A DNA stretch of 64,000 bases from Gemmatimonadota bacterium (GTDB lineage: Bacteria > JBHIER01 > G020348925), in assembly GCA_020348925.1 (NCBI GenBank), contig CP070758.1, positions 3,735,688 through 3,799,687 of the forward strand. The letters run 5' to 3'. The position numbers were made by a program, and so were the translations under genes. Shown here one piece after another: positions 53,260 to 62,125 of this stretch. Below the pieces are notes generated by a model. That model was not told where the DNA came from, ran no database searches, and was given only the letters and a program-made list of their open reading frames with translations. Positions within the stretch are counted from its first letter, which is position 1. The number at the start of each line of letters is the position of its first letter.

Positions 53260-55059
53260 TTATTGAACAACCTCCACCTTCGTGCTGTCCTTCAAGCCGC
53301 TCTGCCCGATGGTGACGACCTGTTCCCCCTCCTCCAGACCACTCAGAATCTCCACTTTGCCCTCGTCATCGAAACCGACTTCAACTTCCTTCTTGCGAGC
53401 CAGGTTCTCCGTGACAACAAAGACGGCCTGCTTCCCATCATCGGAAACAAGGGCCCGTTTGGGTATGACAATGGCGTCCGTTTTGGTATCCGTAATAATT
53501 TTGAGACGGGCGAACATGCCGGGTTTGAGAGACTCTTTGCTGCTTCCGGTCACCTCGATGGTGGCTTTCACCGTGCCGCTGGCCGGATCGACCACAGGAC
53601 TGACCCGGGCGACGCGACCATCGTGCAGCTCATCACCGTTGGCGTCGATCACTATTTTCACGGGCTGACCGACCCGTAATCGCCTCATTTCACTCTCGGG
53701 GATAAAAACCCTGGCCACGAGGGGATTAAAATTGGCGATGGCAAAGACCTTCTGGTTGACATTGATTTGATTCCCAATACGGACAAGGCGCTCGGTAATC
53801 ACCCCGGAGATAGGCGCAGTGATGGCTGAATACTTCAGATCCAGTTTTCGCAGCTCGTAAACCGACTTCTGGGATTCGTACTGAAACCGCAAGTTCTCGT
53901 ACTCCTCCTCGCTGATCAACTCTTTTTCAAAGAGGTTTCCGGCCCGATTATAATCGGCCTCCAGCCGGTTGAGGTCGGCCAGGGCCTGGTCTACCTGAAT
54001 TTTGAGACGCTCGTCGTCCAATTGAGCCAGAACGTCCCCTTCCCTGACCCAGTGCCCCTCTTCGACAAAGAGCTCTCCCACCAATCCCGATACTTTGGCC
54101 ACAACGTCGGCCCGTCTTTCCGGCTCGAGGGTCGCTGTGGCCACGAGATATGAGGACACCGCATTGCGCTTCGCGGTCGCAATCTCTACAGGTACGGGCG
54201 GCAGTTCAGGAGGCCCATCCCGCCGCTCCTCCCTTTTAAAAGCGGCCTTAATGATGGAAGCGGTATCGTAGTCGACCTGCACCGTCAGGGAACTGTCGAT
54301 CTCAAGGAGCTCCTGACCGGCGGAATCGTACAACTCTATAGAGAAAGAGATTTTCACCGGTTCTTCGAGGGTCAATTCATCGGCTTCGATCGTCTGAGTG
54401 AACATATCCTTCGGCGACGTGCCCTTAATCTGCCAAGGTTTGGTCCAGAGTGTATCGTGTGTCGTCTTGGAGACGATCTTGGCCTTGATATCCTTTGTGG
54501 CCTTCTTGGCGGAAGTATTGACATCAATTTGAAGATCAAACCTCTCGAAGAATTGATCATTATCCCGATCGACTTGGTTGGTTATCGAAGGGCTCCGCTC
54601 CGCAAACAGCGCTTTGATAAGGACCTGGGAATCGTCGTCGTCGATGAGAAGAGACAACGAGCTGTCAGCATCGAACTCATTGGAACCCGATGAATCAAAG
54701 AGGACGACCTTCAAACCGATCTCCATCGGTTCGGTCAGTTGGAAATCACTGCTCTCTAAGGACACGGTGTGGGCGTCTTCCGTCACCTTTCCCGTTAAGG
54801 TCCAGACGTCGGTCCATATGGTATCTTTGGTGTCCGGCGAGATGATCTTGGCCTTTACCTCGAGGGTATCGAATTCGGTCTGCCCGTTGGCATCGATGCG
54901 AAGGTCAAAGCTCCCGTAATATCCGTCCTTATCTTCATCAACTTTGTTGACAAGAACGTTACCCGGAGGCTGGGCTTTTTTTCCACACCCGCCTCCGAAA
55001 CAAATGAGGAACGACATTGCGAGCAAAGGGCTAAACCGCAATATTTTTTTCGAGTACAC
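53260..55059 (-). CDS. RND membrane fusion protein with a duplicated N-terminal extra domain
   Basis: Lipobox GGGC; C-terminal MFP (G.V..L.V.EG..V..G..LA.LD, I.APISG, LKPGMFA). Confidence 0.9.
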   Translation of the reverse strand: MYSKKILRFSPLLAMSFLICFGGGCGKKAQPPGNVLVNKVDEDKDGYYGSFDLRIDANGQTEFDTLEVKAKIISPDTKDTIWTDVWTLTGKVTEDAHTVSLESSDFQLTEPMEIGLKVVLFDSSGSNEFDADSSLSLLIDDDDSQVLIKALFAERSPSITNQVDRDNDQFFERFDLQIDVNTSAKKATKDIKAKIVSKTTHDTLWTKPWQIKGTSPKDMFTQTIEADELTLEEPVKISFSIELYDSAGQELLEIDSSLTVQVDYDTASIIKAAFKREERRDGPPELPPVPVEIATAKRNAVSSYLVATATLEPERRADVVAKVSGLVGELFVEEGHWVREGDVLAQLDDERLKIQVDQALADLNRLEADYNRAGNLFEKELISEEEYENLRFQYESQKSVYELRKLDLKYSAITAPISGVITERLVRIGNQINVNQKVFAIANFNPLVARVFIPESEMRRLRVGQPVKIVIDANGDELHDGRVARVSPVVDPASGTVKATIEVTGSSKESLKPGMFARLKIITDTKTDAIVIPKRALVSDDGKQAVFVVTENLARKKEVEVGFDDEGKVEILSGLEEGEQVVTIGQSGLKDSTKVEVVQ

Positions 55060-55287
55060 GTCACTTCTCCTTATTCAGTATTGTTTGAGTCTACAGTTTC
55101 GGGAACCCCTTCATTCAGTACAAACGCCTTCTGCAAGCTGTATATTGCGAACTGTCTCTCTTACAGATTGTTGTCAATACGACGTGGGAGAAAGTAAAAA
55201 TGTTTCAGTTCCCCAGTAGAAACTTACATCTTTATCCAAAAGACACTTCCTGTCTCTGCCTGAAAGTGAAAGGTTCCGAAAAAGAGG

Positions 55288-55316
55288 TTGACTCGAATGT
55301 ATTTTTATAGTATACT
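55288..55316 (+). promoter_or_regulatory. sigma70 promoter of the folP operon
   Basis: TTGACT-17 nt-TATACT. Confidence 0.65.
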
Positions 55317-55356
55317 TTTACCTCTCTGTGTCCGGCACAGGAAGGATACGAATACC

Positions 55357-56607
55357 ATGGAATCAATTGAAAGTATGAGACTTATATGCGTAAACACAAT
55401 CGCTGATGCAGTAACGGAACTGAAGCGGATCGGTGTTGATGATTACAGCCTCGATATCATGGCTCCGAAAGCTCTCGGAGGGAGCATCAAGTTGAAAAAA
55501 GTTTCTTCGCCAGCAGCCAATATCTTGAAACAGGAGATGCTCTCCCTGGGCGGCGATGCAGCGGTTGCCCGAGACGTCATAACCGGGAAAGCCAAAACAT
55601 CCGACGTTCTCCTGATGGGAACGCTCAGACAGTTTAAGAGCCTGGTGGGGAAAATTTCTCGTCAACCTTTCGGTCTCACGGATATCGCACAACACCTTCA
55701 GGAGTTCCTCCCTTCTATGGAGAATCCTTCGCCTTTTCCCCTCACATGCAGAAACCATAATCTTGATCTTGGGGCCAGAACTTTCATCATGGGAGTTCTC
55801 AATGTCACCCCTGATTCCTTCTCAAACGGAGGTCGGTTTCAAGGGTTGGCTCGGGCCGTCGACAGAGCCGCGAAAATGGTGGAAGAGGGGGCGGACATAA
55901 TCGATGTGGGCGGTGAGTCGACCCGACCCGGATCCGATGCAATCCCTCCTGAACAGGAATTGTATCGCACCTTACCGGTTGTTGAAAAACTCGTGAAGGA
56001 GCTTCATGTCCCCATTTCAGTCGACACATACAGATCGCAGGTGGCGGAGAAACTCCTCGAAGCGGGCGCACACATGGTGAATGACATCAGCGGTCTGGAT
56101 TTCGATCCTGACATGGCTCATGTTGTGAGCCGGTACGAAGTCCCCGTGATCGTGATGCACATCAGGGGGCGACCCAAGGATATGCAATTGAATCCAGAAT
56201 ATGACGATCTTATCTCAGACGTTTACACCTCCCTGAAAAGATGTGTTACTAATGCCCTTCAAGCGGGTGTTCACAAGGATAAGATTGTCATTGACCCGGG
56301 AATCGGTTTCGGAAAAACGGTAGAGCACAATTTGGAGATTTTCAAGAGGCTTCGGGAATTTTCAAGTATGGGTTATCCAATTCTCATTGGAGCATCGCGG
56401 AAATCATTTATAGGTAAAATTCTGGACGCACCTGTTGACGACCGTCTCGAGGGATCTCTGGCAGCCGTGGCGGTGGCTATTATGAATGGAGCGAATATTC
56501 TTCGTGTTCACGACGTAAAGCCAACGGTGCGTGCGGCGCGACTCGTGGATGCCATTCTGCGAGTGAACAACGGTTCAAAACTGTCACACGATGTGAGAAA
56601 GGCTTGA
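55357..56607 (+). CDS. folP: Dihydropteroate synthase with N-terminal extension
   Basis: MGVLNVTPDSFS, DVGGESTRPG, DPGIGFGK, SRKSF, RVHDV; AAGGA RBS before 55357. Confidence 0.96.
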   Translation: MESIESMRLICVNTIADAVTELKRIGVDDYSLDIMAPKALGGSIKLKKVSSPAANILKQEMLSLGGDAAVARDVITGKAKTSDVLLMGTLRQFKSLVGKISRQPFGLTDIAQHLQEFLPSMENPSPFPLTCRNHNLDLGARTFIMGVLNVTPDSFSNGGRFQGLARAVDRAAKMVEEGADIIDVGGESTRPGSDAIPPEQELYRTLPVVEKLVKELHVPISVDTYRSQVAEKLLEAGAHMVNDISGLDFDPDMAHVVSRYEVPVIVMHIRGRPKDMQLNPEYDDLISDVYTSLKRCVTNALQAGVHKDKIVIDPGIGFGKTVEHNLEIFKRLREFSSMGYPILIGASRKSFIGKILDAPVDDRLEGSLAAVAVAIMNGANILRVHDVKPTVRAARLVDAILRVNNGSKLSHDVRKA

Positions 56608-56610
56608 GGA

Positions 56611-57717
56611 ATGGAATCCACGGCGATAAAAAAGACCGCTCTCTTTAACATTCACGAAAACCTGGGGGCAAAGATCGTTCCCTTCGCAGGGTATTTCATG
56701 CCGGTCTATTACACGAGCATTATTGACGAGCATCGGAGGGTGCGCTCGACGGTCGGGCTCTTTGATGTATCCCACATGGGCGAGTTTGAAATCAAAGGGC
56801 ATGATGCTCTGGCCTTCGTGCAACGCGTAACGACCAATGATGCCGCCGATTTAAAAGTCAATCAGGTTCAATATTCCGTGATGTGTTATCCTGACGGTGG
56901 AATTGTCGATGACCTTCTCGTCTATCGACTGGAAGATCATTACCTCTTTGTGGTCAATGCAGCCAATCTGGACAAAGATTTTTCGTGGCTCCAAGACAAT
57001 CTGCGCGGGGCAGTACAATTAGAAAATAAGAGCGATGCGACGACCCTTCTTGCGCTCCAAGGTCCTCAGGCTGAAACGGTTTTATCTCCGCTCGTTGAAG
57101 TTGACCTTTGTCGGAAATTAGGTTATTATTACTGTCAACCGGGAAGTGTGATAGGACATCCCGCATTAATTTCTCGAACGGGGTACACCGGGGAAGATGG
57201 TTTCGAAATATATTGTGCTCCCCGAGCCGGAGTCGCTCTATGGGAAGCGCTCATGGAGTCAGGTCGTCGATACGACATTCAACCGATCGGCCTCGGTGCC
57301 AGAGATACACTCCGACTTGAGATGAAGTACGCCCTCTACGGAAATGATATTGATCAGACGACCAATCCCTTGGAAGCAGGTTTGGGATGGGTGGTCAAAT
57401 TCGATAAAGACGATTTCATTGGCAAGGAAGCCCTGCTCAAGGTGCAGAAAGAGAAGCTGAAGCGGAGACTTGTTGGATTCGAAACTGATGGAAAAATATT
57501 CCCCCGGAAGGGCATGAACATACACAAGGAGGAAAGTGAGATCGGCACCGTGACGAGTGGAACCTTCTCCCCTTCCCTGGAAAAAGGGATTGGTCTGGGA
57601 TACGTTTCAACTCCCCATACGAAAGTAGGAACCGAGATCGGTCTGGATATCCGGGGAAAACGTGTGGGGGCACGTGTTGTGAAAACACCATTTTACAAGA
57701 GTGGCTCTCATAAATGA
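56611..57717 (+). CDS. gcvT: Glycine cleavage system T protein (aminomethyltransferase)
   Basis: FDVSHMG, SRTGYTGEDGFE, GLGARDTLRLE. Confidence 0.97.
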   Translation: MESTAIKKTALFNIHENLGAKIVPFAGYFMPVYYTSIIDEHRRVRSTVGLFDVSHMGEFEIKGHDALAFVQRVTTNDAADLKVNQVQYSVMCYPDGGIVDDLLVYRLEDHYLFVVNAANLDKDFSWLQDNLRGAVQLENKSDATTLLALQGPQAETVLSPLVEVDLCRKLGYYYCQPGSVIGHPALISRTGYTGEDGFEIYCAPRAGVALWEALMESGRRYDIQPIGLGARDTLRLEMKYALYGNDIDQTTNPLEAGLGWVVKFDKDDFIGKEALLKVQKEKLKRRLVGFETDGKIFPRKGMNIHKEESEIGTVTSGTFSPSLEKGIGLGYVSTPHTKVGTEIGLDIRGKRVGARVVKTPFYKSGSHK

Positions 57718-57749
57718 CTCATTTGTATTCATAGAACAGGCGCATTGAA

Positions 57750-58493
57750 ATGAAAATTCATGTCTATTTCACTTTGAACCGAGTAACGGAAGATCAATTG
57801 CGAGGCAAGAGAGTTGTCGTCATTGATGTCTTGCGGACATGTACAACCATTGCCACAGCCATCGCGAACGGAGGTCGAGAAATCATACCCGCCGAAAGCA
57901 TTGAGGCAGCCACGTTGTTGGCCACAGACATCGACAGAAAATCCGTTTTTCTCTGCGGTGAAAGAGAGGGGAAACGCATCGATGGGTTCGACCTGGGAAA
58001 CTCACCCCGGGAATACAAAGAGAAGATAGTGAAAGAGAAAAACATTGTTTTTGTCAGCAGCAATGGCTCTGTGGCCTTAGTCAAAAGCAGGTTTTCTGCG
58101 ATCACAGTCGTATGCGCTTTTGTCAACGTCTCAACCGTTGTGGACTACCTTCTTCAAGAGAAGGGTGATATTCATATTTTGTGCGCCGGGAATCAGGGCA
58201 GATTCTCTTTGGAAGACGCCGTGTGCAGCGGGATGCTCCTTCAGGGGCTTCAGATGAAGGGGGAGAATAATTTTGAACTGAACGACAGTGCGGTGGCCGC
58301 AGAGGTGTTGTTGAGGAAATACGAGAAGAGAATCAAGGCCCTCCTTCGGAACTGTGATCACGGGCGCTATCTGACCGGAATAGGATTCAGCAAGGATTTA
58401 CTCGTCTGTGCGGAGGTCAACTCCCTGCGCATTGTACCGGTTATGCGCGATGGTCGGATTACGAAAGCGAAAGTCCACCAGCCCCACATGTGA
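57750..58493 (+). CDS. comB: 2-phosphosulfolactate phosphatase family protein
   Basis: VVIDVLR..TT, GER.G..I.GFDLGNSP, SNG, LED..C.G. Confidence 0.92.
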   Translation: MKIHVYFTLNRVTEDQLRGKRVVVIDVLRTCTTIATAIANGGREIIPAESIEAATLLATDIDRKSVFLCGEREGKRIDGFDLGNSPREYKEKIVKEKNIVFVSSNGSVALVKSRFSAITVVCAFVNVSTVVDYLLQEKGDIHILCAGNQGRFSLEDAVCSGMLLQGLQMKGENNFELNDSAVAAEVLLRKYEKRIKALLRNCDHGRYLTGIGFSKDLLVCAEVNSLRIVPVMRDGRITKAKVHQPHM

Positions 58494-58507
58494 GAGAGCG
58501 AGTGCTT

Positions 58508-58954
58508 ATGCCCTCAAAACGGGAGAGGGATCGGATTGTTAGGATTATCGATGCGAACGCCAATCGGCTTCGGGAAGGTCTCCGGGTTGTGGAGGAGATT
58601 GCTCGCCTCGTCCTCAATGACGCTCAGCTAACGAATAGACTGAAAGTGAAGCGCCACGCAGTAGAAGATCTTGTGGGTCAGCTCACGCTGTCCAAGGAGA
58701 CCCTTCTTTCGGCCCGGGAGAGTGAAGATGATGTAGGCCTTGAAAGGGTCTTCGATAGAACTTCCCGAAAGAACTGTGAGGACATTTTGTGGGCCAATAT
58801 AAGACGTGCCCAAGAGTCCTGCCGAGTTCTCGAGGAATTCTCAAAGCTCCTCGATGAAAACATTCCCGTCTCCCTCAAAAAGATTCGATTCAGCTTGTAC
58901 ACATTGGAAAAAGAGATACATACCGAATTAAAAAAATGGAATGAAACGCGTTGA
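58508..58954 (+). CDS. ThiD2-like helical protein (N-terminal partner of thiamine-phosphate synthase)
   Basis: RIIDAN.NR.REGLRV.EE, R....DVG, N..R.QE..RVLEE..K, R...Y.LEK. Confidence 0.85.
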   Translation: MPSKRERDRIVRIIDANANRLREGLRVVEEIARLVLNDAQLTNRLKVKRHAVEDLVGQLTLSKETLLSARESEDDVGLERVFDRTSRKNCEDILWANIRRAQESCRVLEEFSKLLDENIPVSLKKIRFSLYTLEKEIHTELKKWNETR

Positions 58955-59594
58955 AGAGTGGAAACTTTATGTCATTACAGACCGTTGCCTGTCCAAAGGG
59001 CGGACGAATGAGGAAGTAGTCTGCGAAGCGATATCAGGCGGTGCTGATGTTATTCAGTTTCGCGACAAGGAAGCCTCCACAGCCGAGTTCTACAGGGAGG
59101 CCGTCATCTTGCGAAAGGTGACAAAAGCATCGGATGTCCCATTCATCATAAATGACAGAATTGATGTCGCTCGCGCTGTGGAGGCTGATGGCGTCCACCT
59201 GGGACAAGATGATCTCCCTGTATCAGTGGCTCGAGACATCTTGGGGCCGAATAAAATCGTTGGAATTTCGACCCATTCACTCGAACAGGCCCTGATCGCC
59301 TCCTTGAAGAGACCCGACTATATAAGCATCGGCCCCATCTACTCCACGAAAACGAAAAAGACGGGCCCTCCTGTCGGGGTGGACGTCATCCGTCAGATTA
59401 AAGAGAACATTTCTATCCCAATCGTGGCTATAGGAGGAATCACTTTGGAGACTGTGAGTGCGGTCTCCCAAAGTGGTGCCGACTGCATCGCCCTCATCTC
59501 CTCAGTGGTGAGCGCAGATGACATTGCGGGTACTGTTCGGAAGTTCGAGGCAAAAAGAAAAACATTCAGCACTGACGAGGAGGCGAAGATGTAG
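58941..59594 (+). CDS. thiE: Thiamine-phosphate synthase
   Basis: LYVITD, QFRDK, INDR.D, GVHLGQDD, STH, T.TK, AIGGI. Confidence 0.96.
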   Translation: MKRVEEWKLYVITDRCLSKGRTNEEVVCEAISGGADVIQFRDKEASTAEFYREAVILRKVTKASDVPFIINDRIDVARAVEADGVHLGQDDLPVSVARDILGPNKIVGISTHSLEQALIASLKRPDYISIGPIYSTKTKKTGPPVGVDVIRQIKENISIPIVAIGGITLETVSAVSQSGADCIALISSVVSADDIAGTVRKFEAKRKTFSTDEEAKM

Positions 59595-59715
59595 AAGAGA
59601 ACCTCGTTGAATTGAGCGTGTGATTTTTTTTGAAAGTGTCGCTTTCTCCCCCCCATTCTTTTACTCTTTTAATAACAAAATCTTAATTGAAACATGCCAT
59701 CATGTCGAAAGGAAG

Positions 59716-59757
59716 TGTCGAATTTTTTTAACACTCCATAGTGTCCCATTTGAGACA
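59716..59757 (+). promoter_or_regulatory. Candidate enhancer (UAS) sites for a sigma54 activator
   Basis: Imperfect palindromes TGTCGAATTTTTTTAACA (59716-59733) and TGTCCCATTTGAGACA (59742-59757), about 80-120 nt upstream of the -24 box. Confidence 0.45.
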
Positions 59758-59833
59758 GGATACACGTCAAAGAAACTTCGTATCCTTTTTACTTTTCTGG
59801 TCTTATATCCGATTACCATCATGACTCTCAAAA

Positions 59834-59849
59834 TGGCATACAATTTGCA
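59834..59849 (+). promoter_or_regulatory. sigma54 -24/-12 promoter
   Basis: TGGCATACAATTTGCA, with exact GG/GC spacing, 60 nt before the REC gene. Confidence 0.75.
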
Positions 59850-59909
59850 AAAAAAAGACACATCTCTAACACCGGACTGTTCTCTTGAATAAGACAAAGG
59901 GGGTGTACA

Positions 59910-60383
59910 ATGCCAGATCAACGCTTAAAAATTCTTGTGGTTGATGATGATGAAGGAGTAAGAGATTCTTTGAAAGTCATCTTAGAGGATGAGTACGATG
60001 TATGGGATGCCGATGGAGGCAAAAAGGCGCTGAACGTTTTCATGAGCATGAAGCCAAACCTCGTTTTTTTGGACCTGGTACTCCCGGACATGGGGGGGGT
60101 TGATGTCCTTGAGAAAATAAAGCGCCTTTGTCCGATGACACCGGTGGTTATTCTCACGGCGTACTCAAATATTAACAGTGCATTACATGCAATAGAGAGT
60201 GGAGCGAGCGATTATATTCCCAAGCCTTTCAGCGTTGAGGAAATTCAGGTGAGAACGGCCGAACTGTTGGGCAATGAGAAGAACAGACCTCTCGATTGCG
60301 AGAGTTTCCGTCAGAGGTGGTTAACGAGAAAGAAGGACATCAGGGAACGGTTTCTCACGACGGCTTTCGTACCCACCTCATAG
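59910..60383 (+). CDS. Single-domain response regulator (REC + short basic tail)
   Basis: ILVVDDD, LVFLD..LP, ILTA, DYIPKP; no recognisable output domain. Confidence 0.92.
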   Translation: MPDQRLKILVVDDDEGVRDSLKVILEDEYDVWDADGGKKALNVFMSMKPNLVFLDLVLPDMGGVDVLEKIKRLCPMTPVVILTAYSNINSALHAIESGASDYIPKPFSVEEIQVRTAELLGNEKNRPLDCESFRQRWLTRKKDIRERFLTTAFVPTS

Positions 60384-60422
60384 ACCGTTCATTGCACTCA
60401 TCGACGGAAAGGATCTGAAAAA

Positions 60423-61784
60423 GTGCGTATACTGTTTGTTGATCCGGCCCCACGCAGTGGGATTGTCGAACCGTATGAACATTTGGGTCTCGGTTATTTG
60501 TGCGCAGCATTGGGCGGAAAGGGGTACGAGGTTGATACGCTCAGTGTCCCTTTGCAGAATCTCTCCGCACACCGACTTGTGAGAGAGATCATGAAGACCG
60601 ACCCCCATATCCTCGGTTTTTCCGTGAAGGAGATCAACGCCCGGCGCACTTTTCGATTGATCCGAAAATTACAGAGCGCCGGATTAAATTGCCACATCAC
60701 ACTGGGAGGCCATTTCCCGACTTTCAACCATGCCCGGATTCTTCATGATTTTCCGGAGGTGGACTCCGTCGTTCGTGGAGAGGGAGAAGACACCATCGTA
60801 GAATTGATGAGGGCTTTGGCCGACGGCGGCTCCTTAGCAGGCATCCCCGGCCTTACGTACAGGGAGGGCAATAATATCAGGGAAAATCCTCCCCGGCCCT
60901 TGATCGAGGATTTGGATCGCCTTCCCTTTCCTTCGAGGAACATGACACCACGCGTCATTGATCAAGGCGGAGCCATCGGTCTGGTGGCCTCCCGGGGATG
61001 CTATGCCAACTGCTCCTTCTGCAGCATACGATCATTCTACGGCACCTCCTCAGGTCCCAAATGGCGAGCCCGGTCACCGAAACACGTTGTGGATGAAATT
61101 GAAATGCTTGCCTCCGCCTTCCCCGGGATCCCCTTCAAGTTTGCCGACGACCAATTCATCGGGCCCGGCGAGAGAGGAAAAACGTGGGCCCTCAACCTGG
61201 CTTCGGAAATAAGGAAGAGAAACCTTTCCGTCCAATTTATCGTATCCTGCCGCGTGGACGCCGTTGAGCAAGACCTGTTCGCTTCGTTGAAGGAGGCCGG
61301 TTTGAAAAAGGTCTTCATAGGCGTTGAATCGGGAACCCAGCAGGGATTGGACCGCTTCAACAAAAAGACCACCGTTGAACAGAACAAAAGAGCGCTGAAG
61401 ATCTTAGAAGCGGTCCGTGTCGCATACACTATAGCCTTCATCTTTTTCGACCCGTATTCGACCATGGAGGACGTGAAGGGAAATTTGGAGTTTCTGTCAG
61501 ATATCCGCCCCTACTGGCATGGCAAAAAGGGTATTCTCTCCATAGAACCGTCGATTACGGTCCATAAAGGAACCCCCATCGAACAACGATTGAGAAACGA
61601 CGGACAGTTGCTGGGTGATTATTTAGGTTACCGATACCGAATCAAGGATCGTCGCATCCAGTATGTCCGCTTCATAGTAGATTTTTTCATACGACGTGTG
61701 ATGCCTACCTATCACACGTTAAATCTCAGAGGGAAAACTATCAGAAACAGGGCACATGAGTTCTTTCATCACGTTGGCAACTAA
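60423..61784 (+). CDS. Cobalamin-binding radical SAM enzyme
   Basis: LGLGYL.A.L and GGHFPT B12 domain; SRGCYANCSFC (CxxxCxxC); GVESG. Confidence 0.93.
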   Translation: MRILFVDPAPRSGIVEPYEHLGLGYLCAALGGKGYEVDTLSVPLQNLSAHRLVREIMKTDPHILGFSVKEINARRTFRLIRKLQSAGLNCHITLGGHFPTFNHARILHDFPEVDSVVRGEGEDTIVELMRALADGGSLAGIPGLTYREGNNIRENPPRPLIEDLDRLPFPSRNMTPRVIDQGGAIGLVASRGCYANCSFCSIRSFYGTSSGPKWRARSPKHVVDEIEMLASAFPGIPFKFADDQFIGPGERGKTWALNLASEIRKRNLSVQFIVSCRVDAVEQDLFASLKEAGLKKVFIGVESGTQQGLDRFNKKTTVEQNKRALKILEAVRVAYTIAFIFFDPYSTMEDVKGNLEFLSDIRPYWHGKKGILSIEPSITVHKGTPIEQRLRNDGQLLGDYLGYRYRIKDRRIQYVRFIVDFFIRRVMPTYHTLNLRGKTIRNRAHEFFHHVGN

Positions 61785-61874
61785 TGGAAGAGACCGTTTA
61801 TAACCTAAGATCTTGAGGGAACATTTACCACAACTATTCAATATTTCATTCCACGAAGAAAGGAGGTGAAAGGA

Positions 61875-61967
61875 ATGAGAAAAATGTATCGTCTTATAAG
61901 TTTGGTTGCTTCGATTGTGTTCGCTCTGTGTACAATACAAAGATATCCCCCTCTCACTGCAGCATGA
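61875..61967 (+). CDS. Unannotated 30-aa peptide MRKMYRLISLVASIVFALCTIQRYPPLTAA (candidate precursor/signal peptide)
   Basis: AAAGGAGGTGAAAGGA-ATG strong RBS; directly after the rSAM gene and before a terminator. Confidence 0.7.
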   Translation: MRKMYRLISLVASIVFALCTIQRYPPLTAA

Positions 61968-62021
61968 TATCGGAGTAATTATGCCTACCAGATAAAGGCG
62001 TTTGGCTCTTAGTCGGAAACA

Positions 62022-62065
62022 TAAAAAAGAGGCACGATTGAGGAAAAAATGGTGCCTCTTTTTTA
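62022..62065 (+). terminator. Intrinsic (possibly bidirectional) terminator
   Basis: TAAAAAAGAGGCAC-N16-GTGCCTCTTTTTTA perfect 14-bp inverted repeat with U-tract. Confidence 0.75.
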
Positions 62066-62125
62066 ATGCCTTGCTATTTGAAAAATTTCATTGTATTATT
62101 TCTGGAGAAATGAAAGGTATGTTAC

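Noticed and set aside
55288-55356. TTG start for folP given by the ORF track
   Set aside because: The TTG is the -35 box of a good promoter; the ATG at 55357 has an RBS.
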